64,000 nt of DNA from positions 172,672 through 236,671 of IMG/VR virus record IMGVR_UViG_3300031555_004710, one strand, 5' to 3'. Shown piece after piece: positions 31,109-41,372 of this stretch. The position numbers were made by a program, and so were the translations under genes. How positions within the stretch are numbered: position 1 is the stretch's first letter; the number at the start of each line of letters is the position of its first letter. The notes under the pieces were generated by a model that was given only the letters and a program-made list of their open reading frames with translations, was not told the DNA's origin and did not search any database. This DNA is from a virus. Taxonomy: Duplodnaviria; Caudoviricetes.

Positions 31109-34042
31109 ATGTCTTACTTTACAGTAAGTTTAAGTGAGCTTCTCAGTAATTCTCATATATCAGCAATGGAAGCTAAATCGGAGCCAATTGAAATAATATC
31201 CAAAGTTGAAGATCCGGATGTATCAATGGCGATAGCTCTCATTACTGATAATATTATAATGAATTCAAATTTGAAGCCAGTTACAGATCCAATTGCTCAC
31301 AGTGCTGGAGGAATTCCAACAGATGGTGGATTATTTTCTGATATAATATTTGGCAGAGACCCAGAGTCTAGGCAGAGACAATTTGCGTATATTGATCTTC
31401 ATGAAAAGTTCTTTCATCCATATGTATACGAAATATTAAAAGCATTAATGCCAAAAAGATTTGAAAAATGTGCTCATGGAAGTGGAACGTCATGGAAAAT
31501 TACAAACGATGGTGAATTAGTTGAAGTTAAAAAGGGAAATGCCGATTATAATGAAGATAATAGTGGTATAGCATGGCTTATAAAAAATTACCATAAATTA
31601 AAATTTTCTGAAACTGGTTCTATGATAAGAGGAGATAGAATTAAACTTCTAAAATCTCTTTCAGATAATGAAATATTTATTACTAAATGGATTGTAGTTC
31701 CGATTGTCTATAGAGATATTGATAAAAATTCAAGTATTCATAAATTACCGGAACTAAATACTCATTATAATAAGATTATTCAATATGCTAATAGTCTTAA
31801 AGATGCGACATTTGATTTCTTTAATAATCAAATTAGATATAATCTACAGCAAGAATTGATAATAATTCGTAAATATGGTCAGAGTCTTATTGAGAAGAAA
31901 CATGGGTTTTTCCATAAAGCAATTCTAGGTAAGTCAATAGATAGAGGTTCTCGTGACGTAATCTCTGTACCAACGATGACTAACTTGCAGAGACCTGAAG
32001 ATAATCCTATTGATATTTTTCATAGTGGAATTCCTCTTGCAAAATGTCTTATTCTTGGATATGATTTTGTTTTAAGATATTGCATCCAATTCTTCGCTGA
32101 TAACTTTAGAAATGTAACAGAATATCCCGTGCATAAATTAGTTAACGGTGAGTATAAAATTGTAGGTTCTGTTAAAATAAAGAATCAAGTTGAAAAATTT
32201 TCTTCCGATTATATAAAGAAGAAAATTAATAGATTCAAAAACTCATATGGAACTCGTTTTGAATATATTATGATTGAGACAGAAGACGGTCAGGAAATAC
32301 CTATGCATTTATCTGGCCAGTTTGCACCTATGTCTGAGACAAAACCTATGACATCTACTATTATAAATCGTCCTATGACTTGGACCGATTTGTTCTATTT
32401 AGCTGCAGAAAATACTTTAAGTGATAAGTATGTATATATAACTCGTTTCCCAGTTACTTCTCATAGTAGTATTTTCCCATCTCAATGTAGAGTATTATCT
32501 ACAATTAAAACTATCCCAGCTTATATAGATGGTCAATTTTATAAGTACTATCCTTATATTGATTTAAATACTCCAAAGGATAGAATTTCTAGTGTATTCA
32601 ATGATACAGTTACAATGTCAAATATGTATCTTGCTGCACTTGGTGGAGACTATGATGGTGACCAAACTGCTCAGAAATTATGTTTCTCTATTGAAGCAAA
32701 TGCCGAAGCAAAAGAGATTGCTGAATCTGTAAGAAACTTTGTTTCTCCTGAAGGAAAATTACTACGTACTCTTGGAAATGAAGCATATCTTACATTCTAT
32801 AATATGACTAGAGATAAACCATCCGGAGGTATCTTGTCTAATGAACTTAAGAAAGAATTATTAGCTCTTAAATCTAAAGAGCTTACAATTAATAAAATTG
32901 CTGACCTTTTTGGTAAAACTACATCAATGAATAGTAAGGATAAAAAATCTGTATTTGATGTAAAGGAACCAAAATTTAATCCTCAAGCTAAATTTACTTT
33001 ACAAGCTGGAGAGTATATTAATAAAGAAACTATTACCACTACAGTCGGTATTTTCTTATTTAATAAACTTCTAATTGAAGGGTTACTTGAGGATGTGGTT
33101 CCTGGTGGTTATTATAATGAAATTTGTAATAAAAAGAATTTCAGTAAATTGACTGATATGGTAGCATCTGCTATCATGAGTCAGAAAATTCAAATTAAGC
33201 CTACTTTAGTAGACTTTTTAAATGCAAATGAATTTTGGGGATTGGGATTAGTAGCTATTTTTGGCACTTCTTATTCCATGGAAACTATAGTTCCTAATAA
33301 ACAGTTAGAAGCTAAGAAAGCGGAGTTACTTAAGAATGCTCCAGATAATGACTTGGCTACGTTATCTAAAATAGAGCAAGAATTGATTAAAGAAGCTGAT
33401 AGATTAACTGAAGGCACTCCTGGTAAATTCTTATTTGATTCAGGTGCAAGAGGTTCTTTTAGTAATGACTTTAAGAATATGGCAATCAGTATTGGTCCTG
33501 TAGAAAATCCTATAACTGGAGAATTTGACTTCATGTCTTCTAACTATATGCAAGGTATTAAGAAAGAAGATATTCCTGCTGCTGCTAATAGTATACTTAA
33601 TGCTGAATATCCTAAAGCAATAGGTACTGCAAAAGGTGGTTACATGGGTAAAATCATGTATTCAGTATTCCAAACAATGGGAATTGATGAAGATGGAACT
33701 GATTGTGGTACTAATAATGGTCTAATGGTAACATTAACCAAAGATAATATAAGAGATTATTATGATCAATATATAATGGATGGAAAAAATCTTATTTTAA
33801 TAGATGCTTATCTTCCAGTAAAATATATGAATCATCCCGTAATGCTAAGAAGCCCAATGTATTGTATTAGTGATAAATTGTGTAGTAAATGTGCAGGCAA
33901 GAGATTCTATAAGGTAGGAATTACCGACATAGGTCTTACAGTACCAGCAATGACCGGTTCACTTATGAACGCACAATTGAAAAAAAGGCATAGCATGGAA
34001 GTTAAAATGCACTATATTGACGAGAATGAGATATTAAAATAG
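31109..34042 (+). CDS. RNA polymerase beta'-like subunit (putative virion RNAP), single polypeptide
   Basis: GGLFSDIIFG, ILGKSID..SR.VI, TRFP, GGDYDGD catalytic motif, SGARG, DCGT, RSPMYC..LCSKCAG; late promoter 31054-31065 and N-terminal SAME-A processing site. Confidence 0.9.
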   Translation: MSYFTVSLSELLSNSHISAMEAKSEPIEIISKVEDPDVSMAIALITDNIIMNSNLKPVTDPIAHSAGGIPTDGGLFSDIIFGRDPESRQRQFAYIDLHEKFFHPYVYEILKALMPKRFEKCAHGSGTSWKITNDGELVEVKKGNADYNEDNSGIAWLIKNYHKLKFSETGSMIRGDRIKLLKSLSDNEIFITKWIVVPIVYRDIDKNSSIHKLPELNTHYNKIIQYANSLKDATFDFFNNQIRYNLQQELIIIRKYGQSLIEKKHGFFHKAILGKSIDRGSRDVISVPTMTNLQRPEDNPIDIFHSGIPLAKCLILGYDFVLRYCIQFFADNFRNVTEYPVHKLVNGEYKIVGSVKIKNQVEKFSSDYIKKKINRFKNSYGTRFEYIMIETEDGQEIPMHLSGQFAPMSETKPMTSTIINRPMTWTDLFYLAAENTLSDKYVYITRFPVTSHSSIFPSQCRVLSTIKTIPAYIDGQFYKYYPYIDLNTPKDRISSVFNDTVTMSNMYLAALGGDYDGDQTAQKLCFSIEANAEAKEIAESVRNFVSPEGKLLRTLGNEAYLTFYNMTRDKPSGGILSNELKKELLALKSKELTINKIADLFGKTTSMNSKDKKSVFDVKEPKFNPQAKFTLQAGEYINKETITTTVGIFLFNKLLIEGLLEDVVPGGYYNEICNKKNFSKLTDMVASAIMSQKIQIKPTLVDFLNANEFWGLGLVAIFGTSYSMETIVPNKQLEAKKAELLKNAPDNDLATLSKIEQELIKEADRLTEGTPGKFLFDSGARGSFSNDFKNMAISIGPVENPITGEFDFMSSNYMQGIKKEDIPAAANSILNAEYPKAIGTAKGGYMGKIMYSVFQTMGIDEDGTDCGTNNGLMVTLTKDNIRDYYDQYIMDGKNLILIDAYLPVKYMNHPVMLRSPMYCISDKLCSKCAGKRFYKVGITDIGLTVPAMTGSLMNAQLKKRHSMEVKMHYIDENEILK

Positions 34043-34049
34043 TAAATTA

Positions 34050-34087
34050 ATATAAAGATAGAACCCATATGGGTTCTATCTTTATAT
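34050..34087. terminator. Perfect palindrome, AAGATAGAACC family
   Basis: ATATAAAGATAGAACCCAT|ATGGGTTCTATCTTTATAT. Confidence 0.7.
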
Positions 34088-34173
34088 GTATAAGTATTTA
34101 ATGAATCTGTTTTTATTTGTATATTATTTATATGAGTAATTAAATATATTTATTTTACTAAGGAGGAAAAATA

Positions 34174-34473
34174 ATGATTAACATCAAGGATTTAGACAAA
34201 GCGGAGGTATTAAAAGCTCTATATGATCATAGTCATATTCAGGGCTTAGGTTTTCTACAGGCAGTACCAGAAGGAACTGTTACAGTGGAGCATTGTAGGG
34301 AGTTATTGAAGAATAATGACTCAAAGTATTTTGATTATTTATATGGTAAAGTCTTAAAAGTTCATTTAAGCGACGATGAATTCGATGAAACTCTATATGA
34401 TAGAGATAATGGACCAGGTGCAGCATATGATGCAATCCAGAGTATTATACGTAAAAAAGATGGAGGTCAGTAA
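34174..34473 (+). CDS. Hypothetical protein (YFDYLYG...LYDRDNG type)
   Basis: AGGAGG RBS, first gene after promoter 34120-34134. Confidence 0.7.
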   Translation: MINIKDLDKAEVLKALYDHSHIQGLGFLQAVPEGTVTVEHCRELLKNNDSKYFDYLYGKVLKVHLSDDEFDETLYDRDNGPGAAYDAIQSIIRKKDGGQ

Positions 34474-34476
34474 TAA

Positions 34477-35238
34477 ATGAAAACTATTAAGAATGATTAT
34501 CGAGCTTATCTCGAATTATGGAGAGACTATCCAGAGCTTTCTTTCATTAAAACATATAGTGCAGATGAACCATGTATATTTAAATACATTGATCAATTTG
34601 GTACACATATCATATTTGATGAATGCCCCACAAAATCATTAATGGTGAAAGAATTTAAACTAGCTAATCCAGATATTGATGTAATTGAAATACTAAATAT
34701 TTTTGTCCATCCAGAGCATCGATATAACGGTATTGGTTCTAGATTACTAAAAACAATTGCCACAATGTATGAAAACTATGCAATTCTAGTATTAGTTGGG
34801 GTAAGTGAAAAAGAATATCCAAAATTAGATGAGAAAGATATTCCCAAAATTCTTAAAGATCTACTTCCATTTTATACTAAGAATAATTTTGTCAATGTAA
34901 ATAATATTTATGGCAGTTATTCTAATTTTATACCAATGCTATATACCGGAAATGAAATTGGTAAAAATATAGCAGATAAATTAGGACTTAATTCTATAGA
35001 GAAGAAATACGAAGTGGAATGTCCAGTATGTAAAACATCTGAATTTCTAAAATATGATATGGGATCACATGCTGGTGGCGGTGATGATTGTATTGAATAC
35101 CACCATGAAGATTATTTATGTGATAAATGTGGAGGTGAATTTACTGCAGTATACGAGATTAAAGATAATCAAGTATTGTATCTTAAAATTGATTATAAAT
35201 CTAAAAGAACCGATAGAAGCGGATTTACCCGTGCATAA
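34477..35238 (+). CDS. GNAT-like acetyltransferase with C-terminal zinc ribbon
   Basis: IFVHPEHRYNGIGSRLL acetyl-CoA motif, FYTKNNF; CPVC...CDKC. Confidence 0.7.
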   Translation: MKTIKNDYRAYLELWRDYPELSFIKTYSADEPCIFKYIDQFGTHIIFDECPTKSLMVKEFKLANPDIDVIEILNIFVHPEHRYNGIGSRLLKTIATMYENYAILVLVGVSEKEYPKLDEKDIPKILKDLLPFYTKNNFVNVNNIYGSYSNFIPMLYTGNEIGKNIADKLGLNSIEKKYEVECPVCKTSEFLKYDMGSHAGGGDDCIEYHHEDYLCDKCGGEFTAVYEIKDNQVLYLKIDYKSKRTDRSGFTRA

Positions 35239-35255
35239 GATTGGAGGTATAAAAT

Positions 35256-35546
35256 ATGAATGAAAATAAAAAAGTTATAACTTTAGAAATAACAGGTGCA
35301 CCTTCAGGAGATTACGAAAATAACTGTATTGATGTATCACAAGAAGAATTTAAAAGACTGACAGGATTCGATCCTATAGAGTATGATGAATCGTATTTTT
35401 ATAAGAATCTTTTTAGGTATTACGATGTACTGATTCCTTATAAATATCTTCATAAATACATTGAGGAATCTGGTAAAGGATCTATTTTTAAATTGAAGAT
35501 TACTTGTGAGATTGAAAAAGTCGGAGAAGCTGAAGAGAAAGATTAA
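35256..35546 (+). CDS. Small hypothetical protein
   Basis: GGAGG RBS. Confidence 0.65.
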   Translation: MNENKKVITLEITGAPSGDYENNCIDVSQEEFKRLTGFDPIEYDESYFYKNLFRYYDVLIPYKYLHKYIEESGKGSIFKLKITCEIEKVGEAEEKD

Positions 35547-35584
35547 TAAAACATTTATTTTATTGGGAAAGTGAGGACTGCGTT

Positions 35585-35821
35585 ATGAATTTAGAGATGA
35601 TATGTTCCCTATTTATACTTCTTACAATAATCGAAGTATTTATATTAACACCAGTTTGTGGTATGGATTTATCAATATTAAATCCAATAAGAAATTATAA
35701 TGAATGGCGTAAACTAAATTGGTTTGGAATAAGTGTTATTACTATTATTTTAAATATAGTATGTTTACCATATGCATTTTGTTATTGGGTATACAAATTA
35801 TTTACAGTAGGCAGGAAATAA
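35585..35821 (+). CDS. Small membrane protein
   Basis: Two hydrophobic segments, LNWFG motif. Confidence 0.65.
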   Translation: MNLEMICSLFILLTIIEVFILTPVCGMDLSILNPIRNYNEWRKLNWFGISVITIILNIVCLPYAFCYWVYKLFTVGRK

Positions 35822-35855
35822 AATACACATTTTATCTTGAAAGTTGGTGATTTGA

Positions 35856-36137
35856 ATGTCTTTTGTAAACAAAGAGTTGTTAATACAGAGAGCATCTGCT
35901 TTAAATTCCAACACAGAAGTAGGAAGACGCTATTATGGTTCGATATATCATATGATAATCAATATGCCTATTGCTGATGTTGAAGATGTAAAGCATGGTG
36001 AGTGGATTGATGAAGATAGAAACGATGGTGAAATTTATTGTTCACTCTGTGGCGCCACCGAAAAAATTTCTGATAGTCAGTATAAAAGTCCACGATGTCC
36101 ACTTTGTGGTGCTCATATGATTATTAAAATTAAATAG
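35856..36137 (+). CDS. Small zinc-ribbon phage protein
   Basis: PIADVEDVKHGEW...CSLCG...CPLCGA.M, typical of Firmicute phage accessory genes. Confidence 0.7.
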   Translation: MSFVNKELLIQRASALNSNTEVGRRYYGSIYHMIINMPIADVEDVKHGEWIDEDRNDGEIYCSLCGATEKISDSQYKSPRCPLCGAHMIIKIK

Positions 36138-36149
36138 AATACCCATTTT

Positions 36150-36386
36150 ATGGTGAAAGTTGGTGATATTATGATTGATATAAAAAAGCTTTTAAGTAGT
36201 CCTCATATAACAGTCAGACGATATTGGATATTTACATTTCATAATAAATGTGGCTATGGGCATTGTAGACATGAAACTTGTAAGAATTGTTGTCATACCA
36301 ACTATCATATTCATGTTAGAAATAGTTCTCACGAATATCGATTGCCTAATTGGATGCAACGGATTTTGAGAAAAATATTGAATTGA
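36150..36386 (+). CDS. Small Cys/His-rich protein
   Basis: Likely starts at ATG 36171 after GGTGA. Confidence 0.55.
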   Translation: MVKVGDIMIDIKKLLSSPHITVRRYWIFTFHNKCGYGHCRHETCKNCCHTNYHIHVRNSSHEYRLPNWMQRILRKILN

Positions 36387-36424
36387 CACAATAAATAAAA
36401 ATACATATGTTATGAAGAGAGGAT

Positions 36425-36781
36425 ATGATTAAAATGTCTTATATAGATAATCGTTCCGATATTGATAAAGAAATAGAATCGTGCTACTCGCAGATTGAAG
36501 AGCTTAGAAATAGAATAAAGATTCTTGAAGCAGAGAAAGAGAAAGAGAGTAGAATAGATAATCTCGCCAAGCAGATATCCACAAATGTAGTAAACGATTC
36601 AGTGAAGGATAGTTATCCTAAATATAGTAACAATAGTGGATTATGTGATAGCGCTGGAAATCCATCTGTTGGAGAAGATATAGATTATCTTTTTAATGAA
36701 GTTGAAAATGGTAGAATACCATTAAATCATCTGGATAACACTCTAGACTTAGGTAATGGAATTTTGATTGTACCAAGATAA
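36425..36781 (+). CDS. Small coiled-coil hypothetical protein
   Basis: GAGG RBS; part of the array. Confidence 0.65.
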   Translation: MIKMSYIDNRSDIDKEIESCYSQIEELRNRIKILEAEKEKESRIDNLAKQISTNVVNDSVKDSYPKYSNNSGLCDSAGNPSVGEDIDYLFNEVENGRIPLNHLDNTLDLGNGILIVPR

Positions 36782-36817
36782 ATAAAATACATATTATAAT
36801 AAGAACGAGGTAGTTAA

Positions 36818-37102
36818 ATGAGTAACACTATGAAGGAATTTAAAGAACTGATATCAAATATTAATAAACTAAGAGAAAAAGAAAAATTAATGATAGAATC
36901 TTTTGAAAAATCAACTTGTGAATTATCTGAAATTTTTCATTACATCATAAACTGTGAATTAGATGGAAGGCATCATTGTATGCTTTCCATCGATATATGT
37001 TTACCACTATATGCTAAATCATTAGAAAATATGGGATTTGAAGTACGTGAAAATAGAAATTGTTTTGATGCGTTATGTGGATATGATATTTACTGGGGAT
37101 AG
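36818..37102 (+). CDS. Small hypothetical protein
   Basis: GAGGT RBS. Confidence 0.65.
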   Translation: MSNTMKEFKELISNINKLREKEKLMIESFEKSTCELSEIFHYIINCELDGRHHCMLSIDICLPLYAKSLENMGFEVRENRNCFDALCGYDIYWG

Positions 37103-37120
37103 ATAAGGATGGTGTTATAA

Positions 37121-37324
37121 TTGAGAGAATTTTTAAAGAAGTTATTTTGCAGACATCAATATGTAAAAATTTCATGGATGGCAGAATTTGATGCTCAGCA
37201 AAATATTATGTATTCAGTTAGGATGTACAAATGTAAAAAATGTAATAAAATCATACATGTAGATGGTAGAAGAGATCCGTTTGATAATGTAATATCTCAT
37301 AAATTTTCCGTGGAGGAGGAATAG
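37121..37324 (+). CDS. Small zinc-finger protein
   Basis: LFCRH.Y...YKCKKCNK. Confidence 0.6.
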   Translation: MREFLKKLFCRHQYVKISWMAEFDAQQNIMYSVRMYKCKKCNKIIHVDGRRDPFDNVISHKFSVEEE

Positions 37325-37326
37325 AA

Positions 37327-38124
37327 ATGAAGAAGCGATTGCATATAAATAATTATTGGAAAGGTAAGGATAACTCTAAAGTACCTTATTGTAAAAGTAC
37401 TGCACTTGGAATAGATACTCCTGAATGTAGTGAAGAATGTTGTAAATTTGATAAGTGTACTAGTGATAGAAAAAGAAATTATATTATTAATAAATTTACA
37501 CAAGGAGAAAATAAAGTTACCCATACAGATTCTACGAATAATTCAGGTATTAGTAGTCTTACTATCAATGATAAAGTATATACTTATAAAGAACTAAGTG
37601 AAATTCTCAAAAAACATGAAGTTGAGGAAGATAAAAAATATACTAAATGTGATAGATGTGGAAATAAATATCTAGAAAATACTATGCACGATATGGTAGA
37701 TAATTATTTGAATGAAGAATTGGAACATAGACCAGGTACAGCTTGGGGGTATTCGATTCGACCTATTATAACAGGATTCCAAATAAATTCTACATGTGGA
37801 AATGGTAAAAAGGTTAAATTGTGTGATAACTGTTTATTTGAATTGATAGATTGGTTAGAAAACAGAGGAAAAGTTGAAGCATATGCTAATGTATCAAATA
37901 TATCAAATGAGTGGATAAGTATCATAGAAAGATTACCTAATAGAGAAGAGTATCTAACATTCCTCGATGATGGTTTAAGTTGTTATAAACGATTAAATAT
38001 AGCATACAAAACTGACATAATAGAATACGATATAGGATATTACGATGGTTATAAATGGTTTACTGATCTACACAAAATACAAAATGTTATTGCATGGAAG
38101 CCATTTACAAAGTATGAACCATAA
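37327..38124 (+). CDS. Multi-domain accessory protein with C-terminal DUF551-like domain
   Basis: CDRCG, LCDNC, WISIIERLP...VIAWKP. Confidence 0.65.
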   Translation: MKKRLHINNYWKGKDNSKVPYCKSTALGIDTPECSEECCKFDKCTSDRKRNYIINKFTQGENKVTHTDSTNNSGISSLTINDKVYTYKELSEILKKHEVEEDKKYTKCDRCGNKYLENTMHDMVDNYLNEELEHRPGTAWGYSIRPIITGFQINSTCGNGKKVKLCDNCLFELIDWLENRGKVEAYANVSNISNEWISIIERLPNREEYLTFLDDGLSCYKRLNIAYKTDIIEYDIGYYDGYKWFTDLHKIQNVIAWKPFTKYEP

Positions 38125-38147
38125 TAAATATTTGATAAAATAATGAG

Positions 38148-38348
38148 GTGAATATTATGATGAGTAGTAAACCTTGCGAAGGCTGTTGTCATGATGGGTG
38201 CTGTGGTTACTTCAGTGAATTAAATAAATGTGAGACTGAAGATGAAGCATTTCTTGAATTTTGTGCTGGTTGTGCTTGCGGTGATGGAGCAGAATGTAAC
38301 AGAGACCAAGGATGTGATAACTACGAAACGGAACCAATTATGGGTTAA
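38148..38348 (+). CDS. Small cysteine-rich protein
   Basis: 11 Cys in about 62 aa. Confidence 0.6.
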   Translation: MNIMMSSKPCEGCCHDGCCGYFSELNKCETEDEAFLEFCAGCACGDGAECNRDQGCDNYETEPIMG

Positions 38349-38378
38349 ATAAAACATTTATTCTATGGAGGTATTAGT

Positions 38379-38570
38379 ATGAAAATAACTAAAGAAATAT
38401 GGAAAGAATTATTGAAAATTTTAAATAAACATAAAATTCAGTATACCTCCCATATTACAGAGCTTAAAGGAGATATGGAATATTCAGACAAGACTATTCA
38501 TAATAAACATATTCAAATCAATTTAGTTATCCCAGATTATTTTGAGGAAGGAAGTGATCATAATGGATAA
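38379..38570 (+). CDS. Small hypothetical protein
   Basis: GGAGG RBS. Confidence 0.6.
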   Translation: MKITKEIWKELLKILNKHKIQYTSHITELKGDMEYSDKTIHNKHIQINLVIPDYFEEGSDHNG

Positions 38571-38781
38571 AGCTAAAATGTATGTGCAAGCAAAACGCCC
38601 AGAAATGGAAGCAGAGATGCACGTATTATCTCGTCCAATAATTAAAAATGGAAGTATATTATCAATTGGAGGGAATATTGCTGCTACTAAAGTAAAGGTA
38701 GATCAACACTTTAATTGGTTCCAAAAGAAAATGTGGAAATTATTATTAGGTATTACTATTGAGGATTACCGCGAAGAATAG
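38542..38781 (+). CDS. Small hypothetical protein
   Basis: FNWFQKKMWKLLLG motif; likely start MDKAK. Confidence 0.6.
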   Translation: MRKEVIIMDKAKMYVQAKRPEMEAEMHVLSRPIIKNGSILSIGGNIAATKVKVDQHFNWFQKKMWKLLLGITIEDYREE

Positions 38782-39130
38782 TATTTATAAGGAGATAATT
38801 ATTATGTCAGATAAAGAAAAATTATTGAAGTCCATTGAATCAATTGATGGAAGTTTTGAAGATATTATTATTGCTCATCTCAATACATATTCTTCAGACT
38901 TTACACCTTCTAGATTAAATAATCTTATATCGACAATTTCATCTATTTTAAATGAGAAATTAAGAGCTAATGATTGTGCTATACATAATTCAATAGAATA
39001 CGCTACATATGTAAAAATGTATCTTGAAGGTAAATTATATGCTACAAAAGAAGCCGCAGAGAAATCTGTTGATATTCAAATAGGTCATTTAGATAATATT
39101 CTAAGACTATGCGAAGAGGCATTAAATTAA
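38759..39130 (+). CDS. Small hypothetical protein
   Basis: Likely start MSDKE after AAGGAG; ends at a palindromic terminator. Confidence 0.6.
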   Translation: MRITAKNSIYKEIIIMSDKEKLLKSIESIDGSFEDIIIAHLNTYSSDFTPSRLNNLISTISSILNEKLRANDCAIHNSIEYATYVKMYLEGKLYATKEAAEKSVDIQIGHLDNILRLCEEALN

Positions 39131-39177
39131 AAAGTAAATAAGATATGAAGAATATTCTTCATATCTTATTTTTTTAT

Positions 39178-39254
39178 TGGTCCGAGTAGCAGGATTTGAA
39201 CCTGCGGCATCCTGCTCCCAAAGCAGGCGCGCTACCTAACTGCGCTATACCCGG
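39178..39254 (-). tRNA. tRNA-Pro(UGG)
   Basis: Cloverleaf CCGGGTA/TACTCGG, anticodon stem CCTGC-TTTGGGA-GCAGG, GGTTCAAATCC, encoded CCA. Confidence 0.97.
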
Positions 39255-39260
39255 AATTAA

Positions 39261-39336
39261 TGGCTGGGATGGTTGGATTCGAACCAACGAAATGCAGGAG
39301 TCAAAGTCCTGTGCCTTACCGCTTGGCTACATCCCA
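39261..39336 (-). tRNA. tRNA-Gln(UUG)
   Basis: TGGGATG/CATCCCA, anticodon CAGGA-CTTTGAC-TCCTG, GGTTCGAATCC, encoded CCA. Confidence 0.97.
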
Positions 39337-39413
39337 ATAATTTATAAAAATGTTTATAATATTATATGAAATTAAATAAGGGAAGGATATTAATATCCTT
39401 CCCTACTAAAGTT

Positions 39414-40646
39414 TTAATATATTTCTTTGATATCATCGATTATTTCGATATCATTTGTATTTGCATGTAATACAATTACTCTAACTTGATAAGTTCTTAA
39501 GTCTAAAAATGGACATGCTACCGTATTATTATCCATCTCATAATAGTTACGATCCATTCCCATATTATTGATATTGATAACTCTAGTTTTTTCTAAAGAC
39601 CCAAGGAATAGTCTATTAGGATATTCTTCAAATTTCATATATCGTTTTACATTTATAAAATCATTAAGAATTCCAAAATCATATTTAACTTCAGTAGTAT
39701 TATCTTCTATATAGCTAGTATGAGATTGTATAATCTGAGATATCGCTTCTTCTTCTTTGGCATCCAACGATGGATCATCCCAAGATTCTGCAGCAATATC
39801 AATGTTAGTAGAACTTGCCATTGTGTTTATCATTGATTCAAAAGTTGCAAAGTTCTTCGTTTTTGTAAAATCTCCAGCTTCTTCAAAGAAATTCATATAT
39901 CTATCAAAAGCTACATTATCTTGTAATCCGTAATAATTTACTATAGCCAAGAAATAATATCTTTGACACTCTGGTGATACACTATCATTTCTTTTAGTAA
40001 GATTATCCAAATTAATAAGATTAACTTTATCTATATTATATTTATCATCGAATAATACTGTAGTAAGTGATGTATTCATCATAATTTCTGCAAGATTCTT
40101 TAAAAGTAAATTAATTAAAGTTTCTTTTATATTGACTCCAATATACTGCTTAGCACTTCCTACAATATCTGCATGTAGTGTTTCTTCAGCAGATTCTAAA
40201 TCAGGTCTACGAACCATTTGATCATATGGTACAATAGGAGATGAATTAGTCATAAAGCTTTCAAGATCACCTTTAGCTTTTTGCTCATCTCTAATTTTAT
40301 TAAGATAATTAGAAGCAAATTGTCTTAATGCTTTTTTAATATCTTTATCATATTCTGAAAATGCGTTATCAATCGATATGATAAAATCTTTCATGATATT
40401 TCTCTTTAAATCAGAATATGATACATTACTTTTAATTTTTCTAATCAAATATGATACGTGTACCATTAATTGCATATATTTATTATATTTTGCAATTTCA
40501 TCGCACTCTCTTTCATAGACTCCAGTTTGCATACACATAAATGGGCCATATGCAAACACAAAATTATCATCAACTGATTTAAGTGAGCCTTCTGAATATT
40601 CTCTATATTGATCTAATTTATTATCGATAAATGTATTAATATCCAT
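39414..40646 (-). CDS. Putative virion protein
   Basis: 410 aa; DLES/AAES sites; late motif (N7) at 40690-40702. Confidence 0.55.
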   Translation of the reverse strand: MDINTFIDNKLDQYREYSEGSLKSVDDNFVFAYGPFMCMQTGVYERECDEIAKYNKYMQLMVHVSYLIRKIKSNVSYSDLKRNIMKDFIISIDNAFSEYDKDIKKALRQFASNYLNKIRDEQKAKGDLESFMTNSSPIVPYDQMVRRPDLESAEETLHADIVGSAKQYIGVNIKETLINLLLKNLAEIMMNTSLTTVLFDDKYNIDKVNLINLDNLTKRNDSVSPECQRYYFLAIVNYYGLQDNVAFDRYMNFFEEAGDFTKTKNFATFESMINTMASSTNIDIAAESWDDPSLDAKEEEAISQIIQSHTSYIEDNTTEVKYDFGILNDFINVKRYMKFEEYPNRLFLGSLEKTRVININNMGMDRNYYEMDNNTVACPFLDLRTYQVRVIVLHANTNDIEIIDDIKEIY

Positions 40647-40771
40647 ATTTTAACAACACCCTTTCAAAAATATTTGGTCTTAAAGTCTTTATGAGATTTG
40701 TTTTTATGGTATAAATTACATTAAATTAGAAAGATTTTTTAAGTACAATTTAATAAATATTAGAAAAATAA

Positions 40772-41266
40772 ATGGGAAAGAGGTTGTTTAAAATGTATTA
40801 CTCATATGCAGATATCTTAGAAAGCTATATAATCGAACCTGCAGAAGAAAGTAAGTTAGATGGAATAAAAAATGCTTATAATACTATAAAAAATTCCAAA
40901 GGTGGAAAGGCTATAGTAACTGCAGCGAAAGGTATTGGAGCAGCATATACAATCTATAGTACTGTAAAAGGTATTGGTGGTATTGTAAAGAATAACATCT
41001 CATCTGCTAAAGGTGAAGAAATAGAAAGATTTATAAAAAATAAATTACTTATAAAATATAGACTTATTGGAAAGCTAAAGATAATTTCTGACTATTCACC
41101 AGACAATAGTATTATTTGTGCATTATCGTCACAATCTAATATTAGTGAGGATGATAATGAAAATCTTCATTTATTATTATCGGAACTAAAGCAAAATTAT
41201 AAATTTTTAAAATATCGAATAGGTTCTGATGAAGAACATGAAGTTCTTGTTAAAATATTTTATTAA
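40772..41266 (+). CDS. Putative inner-head protein with YADILES...AEES leader
   Basis: MYYSYADILESYIIEPAEES resembles the leaders of 53295 and 62705. Confidence 0.6.
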   Translation: MGKRLFKMYYSYADILESYIIEPAEESKLDGIKNAYNTIKNSKGGKAIVTAAKGIGAAYTIYSTVKGIGGIVKNNISSAKGEEIERFIKNKLLIKYRLIGKLKIISDYSPDNSIICALSSQSNISEDDNENLHLLLSELKQNYKFLKYRIGSDEEHEVLVKIFY

Positions 41267-41372
41267 AAGATAATATATAGAGACATCAGTGTCTCTATAT
41301 ATTATATCCGACATTTTTAAATGATTAAACCATCTTATAATAGTTTCTAAAACTTTTTATAAAGTAAAGTAG

